In this document: positions 9,714 to 19,172 of the stretch, in pieces
Layout of the letters: the number at the start of each line of letters is the position of its first letter
Numbering within the stretch: the stretch's first letter is position 1
From: Patescibacteria group bacterium
GTDB lineage: Bacteria > Patescibacteriota > Microgenomatia > Levybacterales > UBA12049
Assembly: GCA_038064195.1 (NCBI GenBank)
Contig: JBBTTO010000002.1
Span: 141,356-205,355 of the forward strand
Length of the DNA: 64,000 nt
Reading direction: 5' to 3'
Notes under the pieces: generated by a model
What the model was told of the DNA's origin: nothing
The model's input: the letters and a program-made list of their open reading frames with translations, nothing else
Database searches by the model: none
Position numbers and translations under genes: made by a program

Positions 9714-11964
9714 TGGTCAAGGAAAAGCGGCACATCGCATTGGTCTCTGTTCCTTTAATAAAATACTCAGTCCTGCCGTTACAGGGGATAGCGACAACAC
9801 TGTCGGGCTTTAGTTGCTTAGTATCAGGCTTGTTACTTAGAAGCATGGTCATGATTTTGTTCCAGATAGGGGCCGCGCCCGTGATGCCCGATGCCAGGCT
9901 CTGACTCATCGGCGTGTTATCGTTATTTCCTACCCATACACTCACCACGTAGTCAGGCGTATAGCCATTAGTCCAGTTATCCCGTTTGTTATCTGTGGTA
10001 CCTGTTTTGACTGAGACCGTATGTCCCTGGATGCTAAGTGGTGAGTTAGGGCCGAATTCCATTGAACGAGCATTATTATCGCTTAAGATATCGGAGATAA
10101 TATATGCTACCCCCGGTTGAAGAACAGGCTGGCCTGAATTTTGACTTTTCTCTTCTAAGGTTTCGCCTTTAGAGTTGGTGATTTTAAGAATAGGATTCAG
10201 ATCGACCCGATTACCTTCATTAGCCAAGGTTCCGTTAACTGTTGCCATGTCAAGCATCGTCACTTCAGCTGCCCCGAGTGTTAATGAAAGGCCGTATTCT
10301 CCCTTTGGATCCCAGCTCCCAACACCCATTTCACGCGCGAAATGGACCATAGTCGGTATGCCTATTTGCTGGAGGACTTTAACAGCCGGGATATTGAGTG
10401 AATTTGCTAAAGCAAGTCTCAGCGGGAGTTTACCGTGAAAGCGGCCATCATAGTTGACCGGGCTGTAGGTACCACTGCCTGTCGGGAAGCTAACGGGTGA
10501 GTCATCAATGATTGATGCTGCCGTGAAGCCATTTGAGAGGGCCGCACTGTAGGTAACGGGTTTGATGGAGGAGCCCGGCTGGCGACGCGCAGTCGTGACA
10601 TTGACGTTCCCTCCGCTCGGATCATTAAAGTCCTTACTGCCGACCATCACTAAGATATCGCCATTTTTGGGGTTTGTCACGACTGCTGCTCCGTTTGAAA
10701 GATTGAGGTACGCGTCCCTTAGAACCTCATCTTTCACTATGGCTTGCACTTTATTTTGCAGAGACAGATCAAGGCTGGTTATTACCTGGAGTCCGCCTTT
10801 TTCAACCATTGCCAAGCCGTATTTTTTGACTAAGAAGTCCCGAATATAGTTAACAAAGTGAGGTGCGTTAAAAGCGGATTGCGTCTTTGCAAAACGCAGT
10901 TGCTCTATAGACGCGTCATTGGCCTGTTTTTTTGTTATATACCCTAATGAGACCATGCGGGAGAGAACATCTTTTTGTCTTTTCTTCCAAAGGGTAGGTT
11001 GATCTCCAAAAGGTGAATAGGTGGTAGGAGATGAAGTCAGGCCTGCCAAAAAAGCACTCTCTGAGAGATTAAGATCGCGAACATTTTTATTAAAATAAAC
11101 CTCCGATGCAGCTTCGACTCCCCACGCCGTGCCGCCGTAGGGAACTTGGTTAAAATACATTTCTAAGATCTGGTCTTTGGTATACATACGTTCCGACCAG
11201 AATGCCAGAACTATTTCTTTAAATTTGCGGCTCACGCTTTGTTCGGGAGTCAGCATAGAGGATTTGATGAGCTGTTGGGTAATAGTTGAGCCGCCCTGGA
11301 TAATTTTACCAGCAGAATGGTCTTCCTTCAGCGCACGTATAATGGAGGAGATATCAAAGCCCGGATGACGGTAAAAGTTTTTGTCCTCAATTGCAATTGT
11401 TGCTTCACGAAGACTTTTTGGGATATCTGAGAGCGGAACAAGTGTTCGGTTTTGTGAGGCATAGATTTCATAGAGGAGAATCCCTTTACGGTCGTAGATT
11501 TTGCTGGTTTGGGTAATCTGACGGGTAACCAGTTCCCTTGGATGCGGAAGGTCCTGGAGGAAAAGGAAAAAAACCAGGGGGAGAAAGATAAAAAGGAAGG
11601 AAAAGAGAAAGCCTACCAAAAAATAACGCAGCTTTGTCCCAAGTGAGAGACCAAACCGGGAAGAGTTCTTCGTCTTACGGGCGTATTTTGGGGAGATTTG
11701 TCTGGTAGACAGCTTTGGCTTTTTAAGACGTGAACTGAGTTGTCTGATGTTATAGATTTCCCTTCGTATTGCACGATACAGGAGAAGAGTCGCTTTTTGC
11801 ATACCCCGGAGGCATGTGAGAAGAACTGCGATGCAGAGATTAATAAGCGCAAAAACAAGATCACCGATGGTGATAAAAAAGAGTGCAACCCAACTGAGTC
11901 CGTAAAAAATAAGCCGCATAGTTTTTTGCCACGACAAATCACTGATTATCTCAGTGAAATCCAT
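9688..11964 (-). CDS. Class A penicillin-binding protein (PBP1A: GT51 transglycosylase + transpeptidase)
   Basis: 758 aa; EDKNFYRHPGFD (GT51), GSSIKP (SxxK), KTGTT. The N-terminal roughly 110 aa may be over-extended. Confidence 0.95.
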   Translation of the reverse strand: MDFTEIISDLSWQKTMRLIFYGLSWVALFFITIGDLVFALINLCIAVLLTCLRGMQKATLLLYRAIRREIYNIRQLSSRLKKPKLSTRQISPKYARKTKNSSRFGLSLGTKLRYFLVGFLFSFLFIFLPLVFFLFLQDLPHPRELVTRQITQTSKIYDRKGILLYEIYASQNRTLVPLSDIPKSLREATIAIEDKNFYRHPGFDISSIIRALKEDHSAGKIIQGGSTITQQLIKSSMLTPEQSVSRKFKEIVLAFWSERMYTKDQILEMYFNQVPYGGTAWGVEAASEVYFNKNVRDLNLSESAFLAGLTSSPTTYSPFGDQPTLWKKRQKDVLSRMVSLGYITKKQANDASIEQLRFAKTQSAFNAPHFVNYIRDFLVKKYGLAMVEKGGLQVITSLDLSLQNKVQAIVKDEVLRDAYLNLSNGAAVVTNPKNGDILVMVGSKDFNDPSGGNVNVTTARRQPGSSIKPVTYSAALSNGFTAASIIDDSPVSFPTGSGTYSPVNYDGRFHGKLPLRLALANSLNIPAVKVLQQIGIPTMVHFAREMGVGSWDPKGEYGLSLTLGAAEVTMLDMATVNGTLANEGNRVDLNPILKITNSKGETLEEKSQNSGQPVLQPGVAYIISDILSDNNARSMEFGPNSPLSIQGHTVSVKTGTTDNKRDNWTNGYTPDYVVSVWVGNNDNTPMSQSLASGITGAAPIWNKIMTMLLSNKPDTKQLKPDSVVAIPCNGRTEYFIKGTETNAMCRFSLTITPTQTRR

Positions 11965-12031
11965 ACAAAACGTGTGGGGGCAAGCTAGTTGCGATTATAC
12001 TAAATGCACCTGAGCGTGAAAAGGGGAAGTA

Positions 12032-12412
12032 TTAGAGACCGGCTGCATCCTGCTCAAGCTGGGAGAAGTCTTCACCGGGATTACCTGTATCAAGTTGGGT
12101 TGCGGTTTCTTCATCATTGGCAAGTGACGGCGTCTTAGTTGGCGTGAGCTGGGCGGTCACAGATGGAGTAACAACTTGAGAGGTTTGCGTGGTAGGTAAT
12201 GAGGAATAACTACTGTTACGCATGAGCAGCAGGAGGCTTAATACAACTAAAATAATAACCAAAATAATAATCCCAATTATAAGTATCAGAGATTTTTTAT
12301 TTGCCTGTGCATTCAGGGGTGGAGGAGTGGCTGCAGGAGCACTAGTTGATGGTTGAGGGATGGCAGCTTGTGCCGGTTGCTGTTGCGGTAATGGTGAGTT
12401 TGTCGGTTCCAT
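12032..12412 (-). CDS. Pro/Gln/Thr-rich single-pass membrane protein
   Basis: 126 aa; low-complexity N-terminus, TM LILIIGIIILVIILVVLSLLLL. Confidence 0.5.
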   Translation of the reverse strand: MEPTNSPLPQQQPAQAAIPQPSTSAPAATPPPLNAQANKKSLILIIGIIILVIILVVLSLLLLMRNSSYSSLPTTQTSQVVTPSVTAQLTPTKTPSLANDEETATQLDTGNPGEDFSQLEQDAAGL

Positions 12413-12415
12413 AGA

Positions 12416-13015
12416 TTAATTCGGTGTTACTGTTGGCGTTGTTTTTTGTAACTGCATGACTAGTTTTGCTACCTGGATAACTGCTTGCTGAGCAGTTTTT
12501 ACCGTGGCATGGGTCGCCTCAAGATCAGTTCGGAGACTTTTGATGGCTGTTTTGACCGTCTGACCCAAAGTCGTCTCGCCGGTAATAGTAATAATATAAT
12601 CTTTTGTTTGCTGTGTCTCAACCGCTTGTTTGGCTGTAGTGATAGCAGTCTGGGCATTGGTGATGGCAGTTGCTACTGATGGGTCGTCACCTGCTTTGTC
12701 TGCTATGCGATCAAGGATCTCAGACAAGCGTTCTAATGCCGCAGTCATTTGCGCAGTACGGCGCGAGTTAATTTGCTGCATGGCTGTATCAATTTTTTCA
12801 ACTATAGCTTGCTTACGTTCATCTTTAAGAGCAGCAAGCTTTTGCTTGAACTCCTCCCGCGTGGCTTGGCGATTTGTAAGGAGTTCCTGTTTGAGTACGG
12901 TTCGTGTGGGAGTGCCGGAGATCGCTCCCGGATTTATTTGGGCTGAGGCAACCGGGGTCAAAAAGAGGAATAATGCGAGAAGAGAGCTGATAGAGGCTAA
13001 GGTTTTCATAAGCAT
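12416..13015 (-). CDS. Secreted coiled-coil protein
   Basis: 199 aa; signal peptide MLMKTLASISSLLALFLFLTPVASAQ; alpha-helical, Ala/Gln-rich. Confidence 0.6.
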   Translation of the reverse strand: MLMKTLASISSLLALFLFLTPVASAQINPGAISGTPTRTVLKQELLTNRQATREEFKQKLAALKDERKQAIVEKIDTAMQQINSRRTAQMTAALERLSEILDRIADKAGDDPSVATAITNAQTAITTAKQAVETQQTKDYIITITGETTLGQTVKTAIKSLRTDLEATHATVKTAQQAVIQVAKLVMQLQKTTPTVTPN

Positions 13016-13045
13016 CTTCCATCGTACTTAGCTATGACTAAATTG

Positions 13046-15214
13046 TCAAGGTGTCGGGCTAGGTGTAGGATGCGCACATGTTACACAGTAGCGATTATTG
13101 AGAGGATCAGTAACGATTAACTCGTCACGCTGTTCGACATTATCGGTTTGTCCTTCTTTGGCCAGATCATTGGTTCCTTTGTCGATAAAAACTTTCTGAA
13201 GACCGGGGTCTGTTTTTTTAGGTTCGGTGCCTTTAATAAAGTATTCAAAGCGAGTCGGGCAGGCGCCACTCGTTCCCTCGGCTGGAGGAAGGAGTCCCGA
13301 CGTTGAACAAACCGTCTTGCCGATAATTGATGTCGGGCGGAGAGGTTGTTCCACAGGCTTGTCGCCGATCAGGTAGGTCATCAACGTATTCCAAATTGGG
13401 GCAGCTCCGGTTATGCCTGATGCGATATTACTCATCGGTGTATTGTCGTTATTGCCGACCCAGGTGGCAACGATAAAAGAAGGCGTATAGCCAATTGTCC
13501 AGTTATCCCGGAGGTCATTGGTGGTACCTGTCTTGACCGATACCGGAAGGCTTTTGCCTACTCGAAGTGCTGAGTTAGGCCCGAATTCCATTGACCGGGC
13601 TCCGTTATCTGAGAGAATATTTGAAATAATATAGGCAACTCCGCTTGGCAGGACCCGCTTACCAAAGATAGGGCTTTCAGGGGGAGTATATTGTTCAAGA
13701 ACGCGATTATGGCTGTCCGTTACTTTGAGAATCGGGTGCAGATCGATACGATAGCCGCTGTTGGCAAAAACCCCGTAAGCAGTTGCCATTTCAAGCATCG
13801 TCACCTCACCTCCCCCTAACGTTAGAGAAAGGCCATAGCGGGACGGATCTTTTTCATAGCCGGTTATTCCCATGGCTGAAGCTGTGGCGATCATCGCCTC
13901 AATGGTATTCAGCTTGAGCATTTGTACAGCTGAGGTATTAATCGAATTAGCTAAAGCAAAGCGCATTTGTATGACTCCGCGATATTTTCCGTCATAGTTT
14001 TTCGGACAGAAGGCCGGTGCGTGGTTGGGGTTTGGGAAACAAATCGCCTGATCGATAAATGGTGTCGCGGCAGTGTAGCCCTTTAATAGCCCCACAGCAT
14101 AATTAATCGGCTTTATTGATGAGCCAGGTTGACGATGGGCAAGTGTGACGTTGACATTTCCATCAGATGTCTCGTCAAAGTAATCCTTACTTCCAACCAT
14201 GGCCAGGATCTCGCCTGTCCCGGGGCGGGTGATAAGCGCAGCCGCATTGCCGACGCGGTAGGATTTTAATTTGGCTACTTCGGAAGCCACTGTCGCTTGG
14301 GCGAAGTTTTGCGTTGTCAAATCAAGACTGGTAATGACAGTCAGACCGCCTTGCTCAACTGTTTTTGAGCCGTATTTTTTTTGCAGGAGGTCTTTAACAT
14401 ACAAGACAAAGTGCGGAGCCAGGATAGGATTACTTAACTTCCTATAACTCAGCGGTTCTTTTTTAGCCTTCTCAAACTGTGTCTTCGTAATATATTTCTG
14501 GTCATACATCGCTTTAAGGATTTCTACTTGACGCTCTTTTGCCAGTTCAGGATGTGAGCCGAATGGAGAGTAGGTCGTAGGTGATTCGGGAAGCCCTGCC
14601 AGGAGAGCTGATTGGGCAAGATCAAGTTGTTGGACTGTTTTACCGAAATATGTTTGAGAGGCTGCCTCAACACCATATGCTGTTCCACCATAAGGGACCT
14701 GGTTAAGATACATCTCCAGAATTTTGTTTTTGGGATAAATAATTTCTGTGGCAAATGATTCAAGTACTTCTTTTACTTTGCGCTGCACGGTCCGTTCAGG
14801 TGTCAGGAGGCTTGTTTTGACCAGTTGCTGGGTGAGGGTTGAGCCCCCCTGAAGGTCTTTTTTAAAGACTGTGGCATAGGCAGCCCGCATAATCCCGCGG
14901 AGGTCAACCGGACCATGGTGGTAGAAATCCTTATCCTCAATAGCAATTGTGGCGTGCTGGAGATCAAGAGGGATACGATCAAGGGGGGTGAAAGACTGAT
15001 TTTTATCGGCATAAATGGTATAGAGAAGCTGGTGATTACGGTCATAGATCTTAGTCGATTGGGGAAGAGTAGCACTACTCAGTCGGGTTGGTGAGGGAAG
15101 ATCACGGAGAATAAAAAAATAGAAGAGGCCAACGAAGATGAAGAGAGGTAAAAAGAGAAAGAGAAGGCGGTATCTTTTTTGAGGCAGTATTTTCCGGATA
15201 GTTATTTTTTTCAT
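13046..15214 (-). CDS. Class A penicillin-binding protein (PBP1A), paralog 2
   Basis: 722 aa; EDKDFYHHGPVD, GSSIKP, KTGTT; N-terminal TM LLFLFLPLFIFVGLFYFFIL. Confidence 0.95.
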   Translation of the reverse strand: MKKITIRKILPQKRYRLLFLFLPLFIFVGLFYFFILRDLPSPTRLSSATLPQSTKIYDRNHQLLYTIYADKNQSFTPLDRIPLDLQHATIAIEDKDFYHHGPVDLRGIMRAAYATVFKKDLQGGSTLTQQLVKTSLLTPERTVQRKVKEVLESFATEIIYPKNKILEMYLNQVPYGGTAYGVEAASQTYFGKTVQQLDLAQSALLAGLPESPTTYSPFGSHPELAKERQVEILKAMYDQKYITKTQFEKAKKEPLSYRKLSNPILAPHFVLYVKDLLQKKYGSKTVEQGGLTVITSLDLTTQNFAQATVASEVAKLKSYRVGNAAALITRPGTGEILAMVGSKDYFDETSDGNVNVTLAHRQPGSSIKPINYAVGLLKGYTAATPFIDQAICFPNPNHAPAFCPKNYDGKYRGVIQMRFALANSINTSAVQMLKLNTIEAMIATASAMGITGYEKDPSRYGLSLTLGGGEVTMLEMATAYGVFANSGYRIDLHPILKVTDSHNRVLEQYTPPESPIFGKRVLPSGVAYIISNILSDNGARSMEFGPNSALRVGKSLPVSVKTGTTNDLRDNWTIGYTPSFIVATWVGNNDNTPMSNIASGITGAAPIWNTLMTYLIGDKPVEQPLRPTSIIGKTVCSTSGLLPPAEGTSGACPTRFEYFIKGTEPKKTDPGLQKVFIDKGTNDLAKEGQTDNVEQRDELIVTDPLNNRYCVTCAHPTPSPTP

Positions 15215-15237
15215 CTCTCTAATGATAGCACTCAGCT

Positions 15238-16347
15238 TTGAGAGCTGACAAATTACATCTGGCGGACGGATTTTCTCTTGCTATAATAAGTCAGTCTATG
15301 CAAGCTGTTTTCTCACTCAGCGATGTTGTCTCGCAACTTTTGTCCTTGCTGTCAATCAGACAATTCGGCGTAAATTCACTTGACCTGATCATGCTTGGGG
15401 TTATTATTTTTTACAGTTATGAGGGATATCTCCTGGGATTTATTTTGGCACTTTTAGATTTCGGCAGTTTTATTTTCGCGTTTATCATCGGACTTGTCTT
15501 TTTTTCAAGCGTCGGGCAATTACTCGTTCAGCTTTTTTCACTTCCGCAAGGTTTTGCCAATGCAATCGGATTTTTTCTGGTGGCACTTATCAGCGAGGTC
15601 GTTGTCAGCTTCCTTTCCCGACAATTTTTTCGCAGAGTAAGTACTCTTACTCAAACTCATCAGCTTCCGAAGGTTTTAACTAAACTCAATCATCCTTTAG
15701 GCATTCTTCCGGGACTTGCTTCAGCCTATATTCTCCTGTCATTTATCCTGACTGTCATTATTGCCTTACCGACCTCGCCGAGCCTCAAGCAACTCGTCTC
15801 AGATTCACGTCTGGGGAGTAGTTTGGTAGCCCACACTGCCAGCCTACAGACAACACTCAATGATGTTTTTGGCGGAGCTGTACAGGATAGCCTCAATGTC
15901 ATGACCGTGAAGCCCGAGAGTGATGAGCCGGTCAGCCTCCATTTTACCGTGCCGGAGCCAGTACCTGATGAGGAGGCAGAGGCTGAGATGGTAGAACTTA
16001 TTAATAGAGAGAGGCAGCTCCATGGACTCCAGCCTGTACGCCCTACCGCCAAGCTACTTATTCTGTCCAGGTACTATGCCACAGATATGCTTAGGCGTGG
16101 TTATTTTTCACACTATAATCCTGAAGGGCAATCTCCCTTTGATCGTATGACAAGTGCTGATATCCAGTATATTCACGCGGGGGAAAACTTAGCGCTTGCT
16201 CCAAGTACTCCTCTAGCACACCAGGGGTTGATGAATAGCCCGGGACACAGAGCCAATATCTTATCCCCTGACTATCATCAGGTAGGTGTCGGGGTGATGG
16301 ATGCGGGGATATACGGCAAAATGTTCGTTCAGGAATTTACCGATTAA
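15238..16347 (+). CDS. CvpA-like membrane domain fused to a CAP/SCP (YkwD-like) extracellular domain
   Basis: 369 aa; four N-terminal TM helices (LDLIMLGVIIFYS...); the C-terminus GENLA...NSPGHRANILSPDYHQVGVGV is CAP-domain-like. Confidence 0.8.
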   Translation: MRADKLHLADGFSLAIISQSMQAVFSLSDVVSQLLSLLSIRQFGVNSLDLIMLGVIIFYSYEGYLLGFILALLDFGSFIFAFIIGLVFFSSVGQLLVQLFSLPQGFANAIGFFLVALISEVVVSFLSRQFFRRVSTLTQTHQLPKVLTKLNHPLGILPGLASAYILLSFILTVIIALPTSPSLKQLVSDSRLGSSLVAHTASLQTTLNDVFGGAVQDSLNVMTVKPESDEPVSLHFTVPEPVPDEEAEAEMVELINRERQLHGLQPVRPTAKLLILSRYYATDMLRRGYFSHYNPEGQSPFDRMTSADIQYIHAGENLALAPSTPLAHQGLMNSPGHRANILSPDYHQVGVGVMDAGIYGKMFVQEFTD

Positions 16348-16462
16348 TAATCCCTCCAGAAGAGAACTTAGTTAGACTTTAGACTTTTATCTGCGTATCT
16401 GACCTCACCCTGCCCTGCGGGCGTTCCCTCTCCTGGCAGGAGAGGGATATGAGGTTAAGCTA

Positions 16463-17197
16463 TTAGAGCGCAAAGAGGATGAGAGCCCCAAGGATTGTCA
16501 GGAGGATACCGCCGATAATTGTGAAGGTCTGCATCGCACTTCCTGGGCTAGCCAATGTCGGTGTCGGTGTGTCGGTCGCTACCCCTGGTATTGGTGTGTT
16601 GGTCGGTGTCGGAGTATCGGTTGGAGTACTCGTAGGATTAGGTGTATTGGTCGCGATAACCGGTGTTGGGGTATTTGTCGGGACAGGTATAGTGGTTGGC
16701 GTTGGCGTATTCGTTGGTGTGCTTGACGGAGCAGGAGTCGGTATGGGGGTATCAGTTGGTGTGGGCAGGTTTGAGGTAGGCGTAGGGATAGGTGTGTCGG
16801 TTGGCGTTGGTATGGGCGTAGTATTAGGAGTACAGGTGGCAGTAGCTGTACCAGGAGCTCCTGTCCCGCAGGTATTGATGGCCGAGACTGAACATTGATA
16901 GGTTTTATTGGTTTCACTCGTGAAGGTAATTTTTGTCGTGCCACTATCAACATCGCTTTCCGCCACTATATTATTTGAGTCGACTTCGACTACTTTGTAA
17001 TGGTACGAGGTAGCTCCGGGGAGGGCATCCCATTCACACGAGGAAAGATTCGCGACGCAAGCTGGTGTTGGTGTGGGTTCAGCCGCTCTTTGGCGGATAT
17101 CCTGCTGTTGTTGATTAAGATATAGTCCAAGGACAAGCCCGCCTATCAGAAAGAGTGCGACGATGATGCCTATGACTAATGACTTTCTTATTCTCAT
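16463..17197 (-). CDS. Secreted/anchored paralog A: signal anchor + Cys-containing beta domain + PT-rich linker + C-terminal TM
   Basis: 244 aa; MRIRKSLVIGIIVALFLIGGLVLGLYLNQQQQDIRQRAAEPTP..CVANLSSCEWD...ATSYHYK...; long (P/T)n linker; ends TFTIIGGILLTILGALILFAL. Confidence 0.7.
   Translation of the reverse strand: MRIRKSLVIGIIVALFLIGGLVLGLYLNQQQQDIRQRAAEPTPTPACVANLSSCEWDALPGATSYHYKVVEVDSNNIVAESDVDSGTTKITFTSETNKTYQCSVSAINTCGTGAPGTATATCTPNTTPIPTPTDTPIPTPTSNLPTPTDTPIPTPAPSSTPTNTPTPTTIPVPTNTPTPVIATNTPNPTSTPTDTPTPTNTPIPGVATDTPTPTLASPGSAMQTFTIIGGILLTILGALILFAL
17055..17114. repeat. Direct repeat copy 1 (about 55 nt, nearly identical to 17661..17716)
   Basis: acgcaagctggtgttggtgtgggttcagccgctctttggcggatatcctgctgttgttga, spanning the leader-coding region of paralog A. 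Confidence 0.7.
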
Positions 17198-17200
17198 AGT

Positions 17201-17800
17201 TTAGCCTCCGCAGTTGGGACACGTTATATGAACATTCGTCACTTGCCCCGGGACAGGACAGGCTGTCGGTGTCGGTGTCAGGGGTGGAAAAGTCGGTGTC
17301 GGTGTCAGGGTAGGTGTAGCCGTTGGTATAGGTGTTGCGGTGGGAATTGGTGTCGGCGTCAGGGTTGGTGTGGGGGTATGCGTCGGTACGCCAGGAATGG
17401 TAGGGGTTGGTGTGGGGGTATTAGTCGGTAAGACGCTACAGGTAGCCTGAGCCTGTCCAGCCGGACCGACACCGCAGGTATTGCCGGCCGTGACGATACA
17501 GCGGTAGGTCTTATTTGCCTCACTGGTAAAGGTTATTTGTGTAGTTGGAGACTGGACATCGCCTTCAGAAATGACTACATTTGTGCTGACATCGATGATC
17601 TTGTAATGATAAGACGTTGCGGCTACCACAGGATCCCAGGCGCAGGTTGATTGATTGGCTACGCAAGCTGGTGGTGTGGGTTCAGCCGCTCTTTGGCGGA
17701 TATCCTGCTGTTGTTGAGACAGGAAAAGCGTTATGCCTACGCCTGCCAGAAGAAGGAGCGCGAGAGTAATTCCTATAATGACTCGTTTATTTATCTTCAT
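17201..17800 (-). CDS. Secreted paralog B: same leader and domain + PT linker + C-terminal CPNCGG
   Basis: 199 aa; ...LSQQQQDIRQRAAEPTPPACVANQSTCAWD...; ends ACPVPGQVTNVHITCPNCGG. Confidence 0.7.
   Translation of the reverse strand: MKINKRVIIGITLALLLLAGVGITLFLSQQQQDIRQRAAEPTPPACVANQSTCAWDPVVAATSYHYKIIDVSTNVVISEGDVQSPTTQITFTSEANKTYRCIVTAGNTCGVGPAGQAQATCSVLPTNTPTPTPTIPGVPTHTPTPTLTPTPIPTATPIPTATPTLTPTPTFPPLTPTPTACPVPGQVTNVHITCPNCGG
17661..17716. repeat. Direct repeat copy 2
   Basis: acgcaagctggtggtgtgggttcagccgctctttggcggatatcctgctgttgttga (3-nt indel versus copy 1). A diverged third copy lies at about 18940..18975 in paralog C. Confidence 0.7.
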
Positions 17801-17802
17801 AA

Positions 17803-19059
17803 TTACGTATTACAGTTAGGGCAATTAATTTTGACATTTTGAACAACTCCAGGTGTGACACAGGGTACCGGGGTGGTTGGGGTGGGGGTAGCTGACGGAG
17901 TATCTGTTGGGATTATGGTCGGTGTTGGTGTGTCTGTCGGGACAGGTGTCTCCGTTGCTGTGGGGGTAGCTGACGGAACATCTGTTGGGGTAGGAGTGGG
18001 CGTGGGGATGACCGGAGTACACACTGAAATAATATGATAATATCCGTCTAAGTAACGATGTGAACCTGAATAGAAGCGAGTTGTTGGGGTGAAGGACGGA
18101 TAGATAAAACTTCCTTCAAAAACATCAGTCTGCCAGGCACATCCCGGAACATTCACCTCAAAATATTTTGTTTGTCCCGGAGCGATGGTATCAGTGAATG
18201 CCGAGTAAATGGTCTGAGTCCAAATCCAGTTATATTCATCTACGCAGGCGATATCTGTTGCCGGACAGTTATCCGGGTAAATGGTAGGATAGGGAATATA
18301 TGCCTTGTAAGAGGCCATGCCGACAGTTCGTGTTGTCGAGCCGGTATTGGTGATCTTGCCGTAGTTTTTCCCGTTGACTGGCTGGTCCATCACGCAGCCT
18401 CTGAGTCCTGAAACAAGCTCAGATGTGGGAGCTGTACATAAAGAAGAGTCATAGTCCGGCGGGGCTGAGGTAAAGCTTTTGCCAAGAGTCCAGGCTGGTT
18501 TATCAGCGATAGTGTATTTGATATCGATTTCATTATTCAGGTAATTTGATTCTGTGACGAATTTATTGGCATTGATCATAATACGAGCCGTGAATGTCCC
18601 GGCCGCGCTGCGTCGCCAGGAGTAGGTACTGTTACTAAAGCGCGTCTGAGTGGATGAGCCATAGATAGAGGTATAGGTAAACGCTGCTCCGGCTCCGAAC
18701 TCGCCGTTTTTCATCTGCAGAGTTGGGGTACTGGTGGTATCAAAAGTAATAGGCACTGACCTGTTGGCATAGATTTTGGTCAAAGTTGAGCCATCATTGG
18801 AGGTTCCTTTAACTCCGCCTTGATTTTTAAGTTTGACCCGTACATAAATGTCCTCCCCTATATTAAAAGTAGTCCTCACATTTCCGCCCGCATCGGTTAA
18901 TTGAAAGGAATCAACAATCAGGTCGGCTGCTGTTGCAGCGCGTTGCCTGACATCTTGCTGTTGTTGTGAGAGATAGACGCCGACGGGTACACCGACTACT
19001 AAAAGCAGGAGAATAACAAAAGAGAGTATACGTTTTTTGGACGAAAGCAATGTTCTCAC
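17803..19059 (-). CDS. Secreted paralog C: same leader + a roughly 300-aa different extracellular domain + PT linker + C-terminal CPNCNT
   Basis: 418 aa; ...YLSQQQQDVRQRAA...; ends PCVTPGVVQNVKINCPNCNT. Confidence 0.7.
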   Translation of the reverse strand: MRTLLSSKKRILSFVILLLLVVGVPVGVYLSQQQQDVRQRAATAADLIVDSFQLTDAGGNVRTTFNIGEDIYVRVKLKNQGGVKGTSNDGSTLTKIYANRSVPITFDTTSTPTLQMKNGEFGAGAAFTYTSIYGSSTQTRFSNSTYSWRRSAAGTFTARIMINANKFVTESNYLNNEIDIKYTIADKPAWTLGKSFTSAPPDYDSSLCTAPTSELVSGLRGCVMDQPVNGKNYGKITNTGSTTRTVGMASYKAYIPYPTIYPDNCPATDIACVDEYNWIWTQTIYSAFTDTIAPGQTKYFEVNVPGCAWQTDVFEGSFIYPSFTPTTRFYSGSHRYLDGYYHIISVCTPVIPTPTPTPTDVPSATPTATETPVPTDTPTPTIIPTDTPSATPTPTTPVPCVTPGVVQNVKINCPNCNT

Positions 19060-19172
19060 AAATAACTATCCCGAAAAATCGAGCTAAGATCATCATACGC
19101 ATAATCATTTATTCACGTCAACTAGAGAAGGAAGAGACTTGTAATTTTTATGCCTCTGTTTATACTAGAAGT

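Noticed and set aside
16479-16898. Track ORF (+) of 139 aa made of GVGV repeats, and similar ORFs at 17228..17431, 17855..18037 and 51097..51288
   Set aside because: They are antisense to PT-rich linker-coding regions. ACN/CCN repeats read as GNN GTN on the other strand. They have no start context and overlap well-supported genes.
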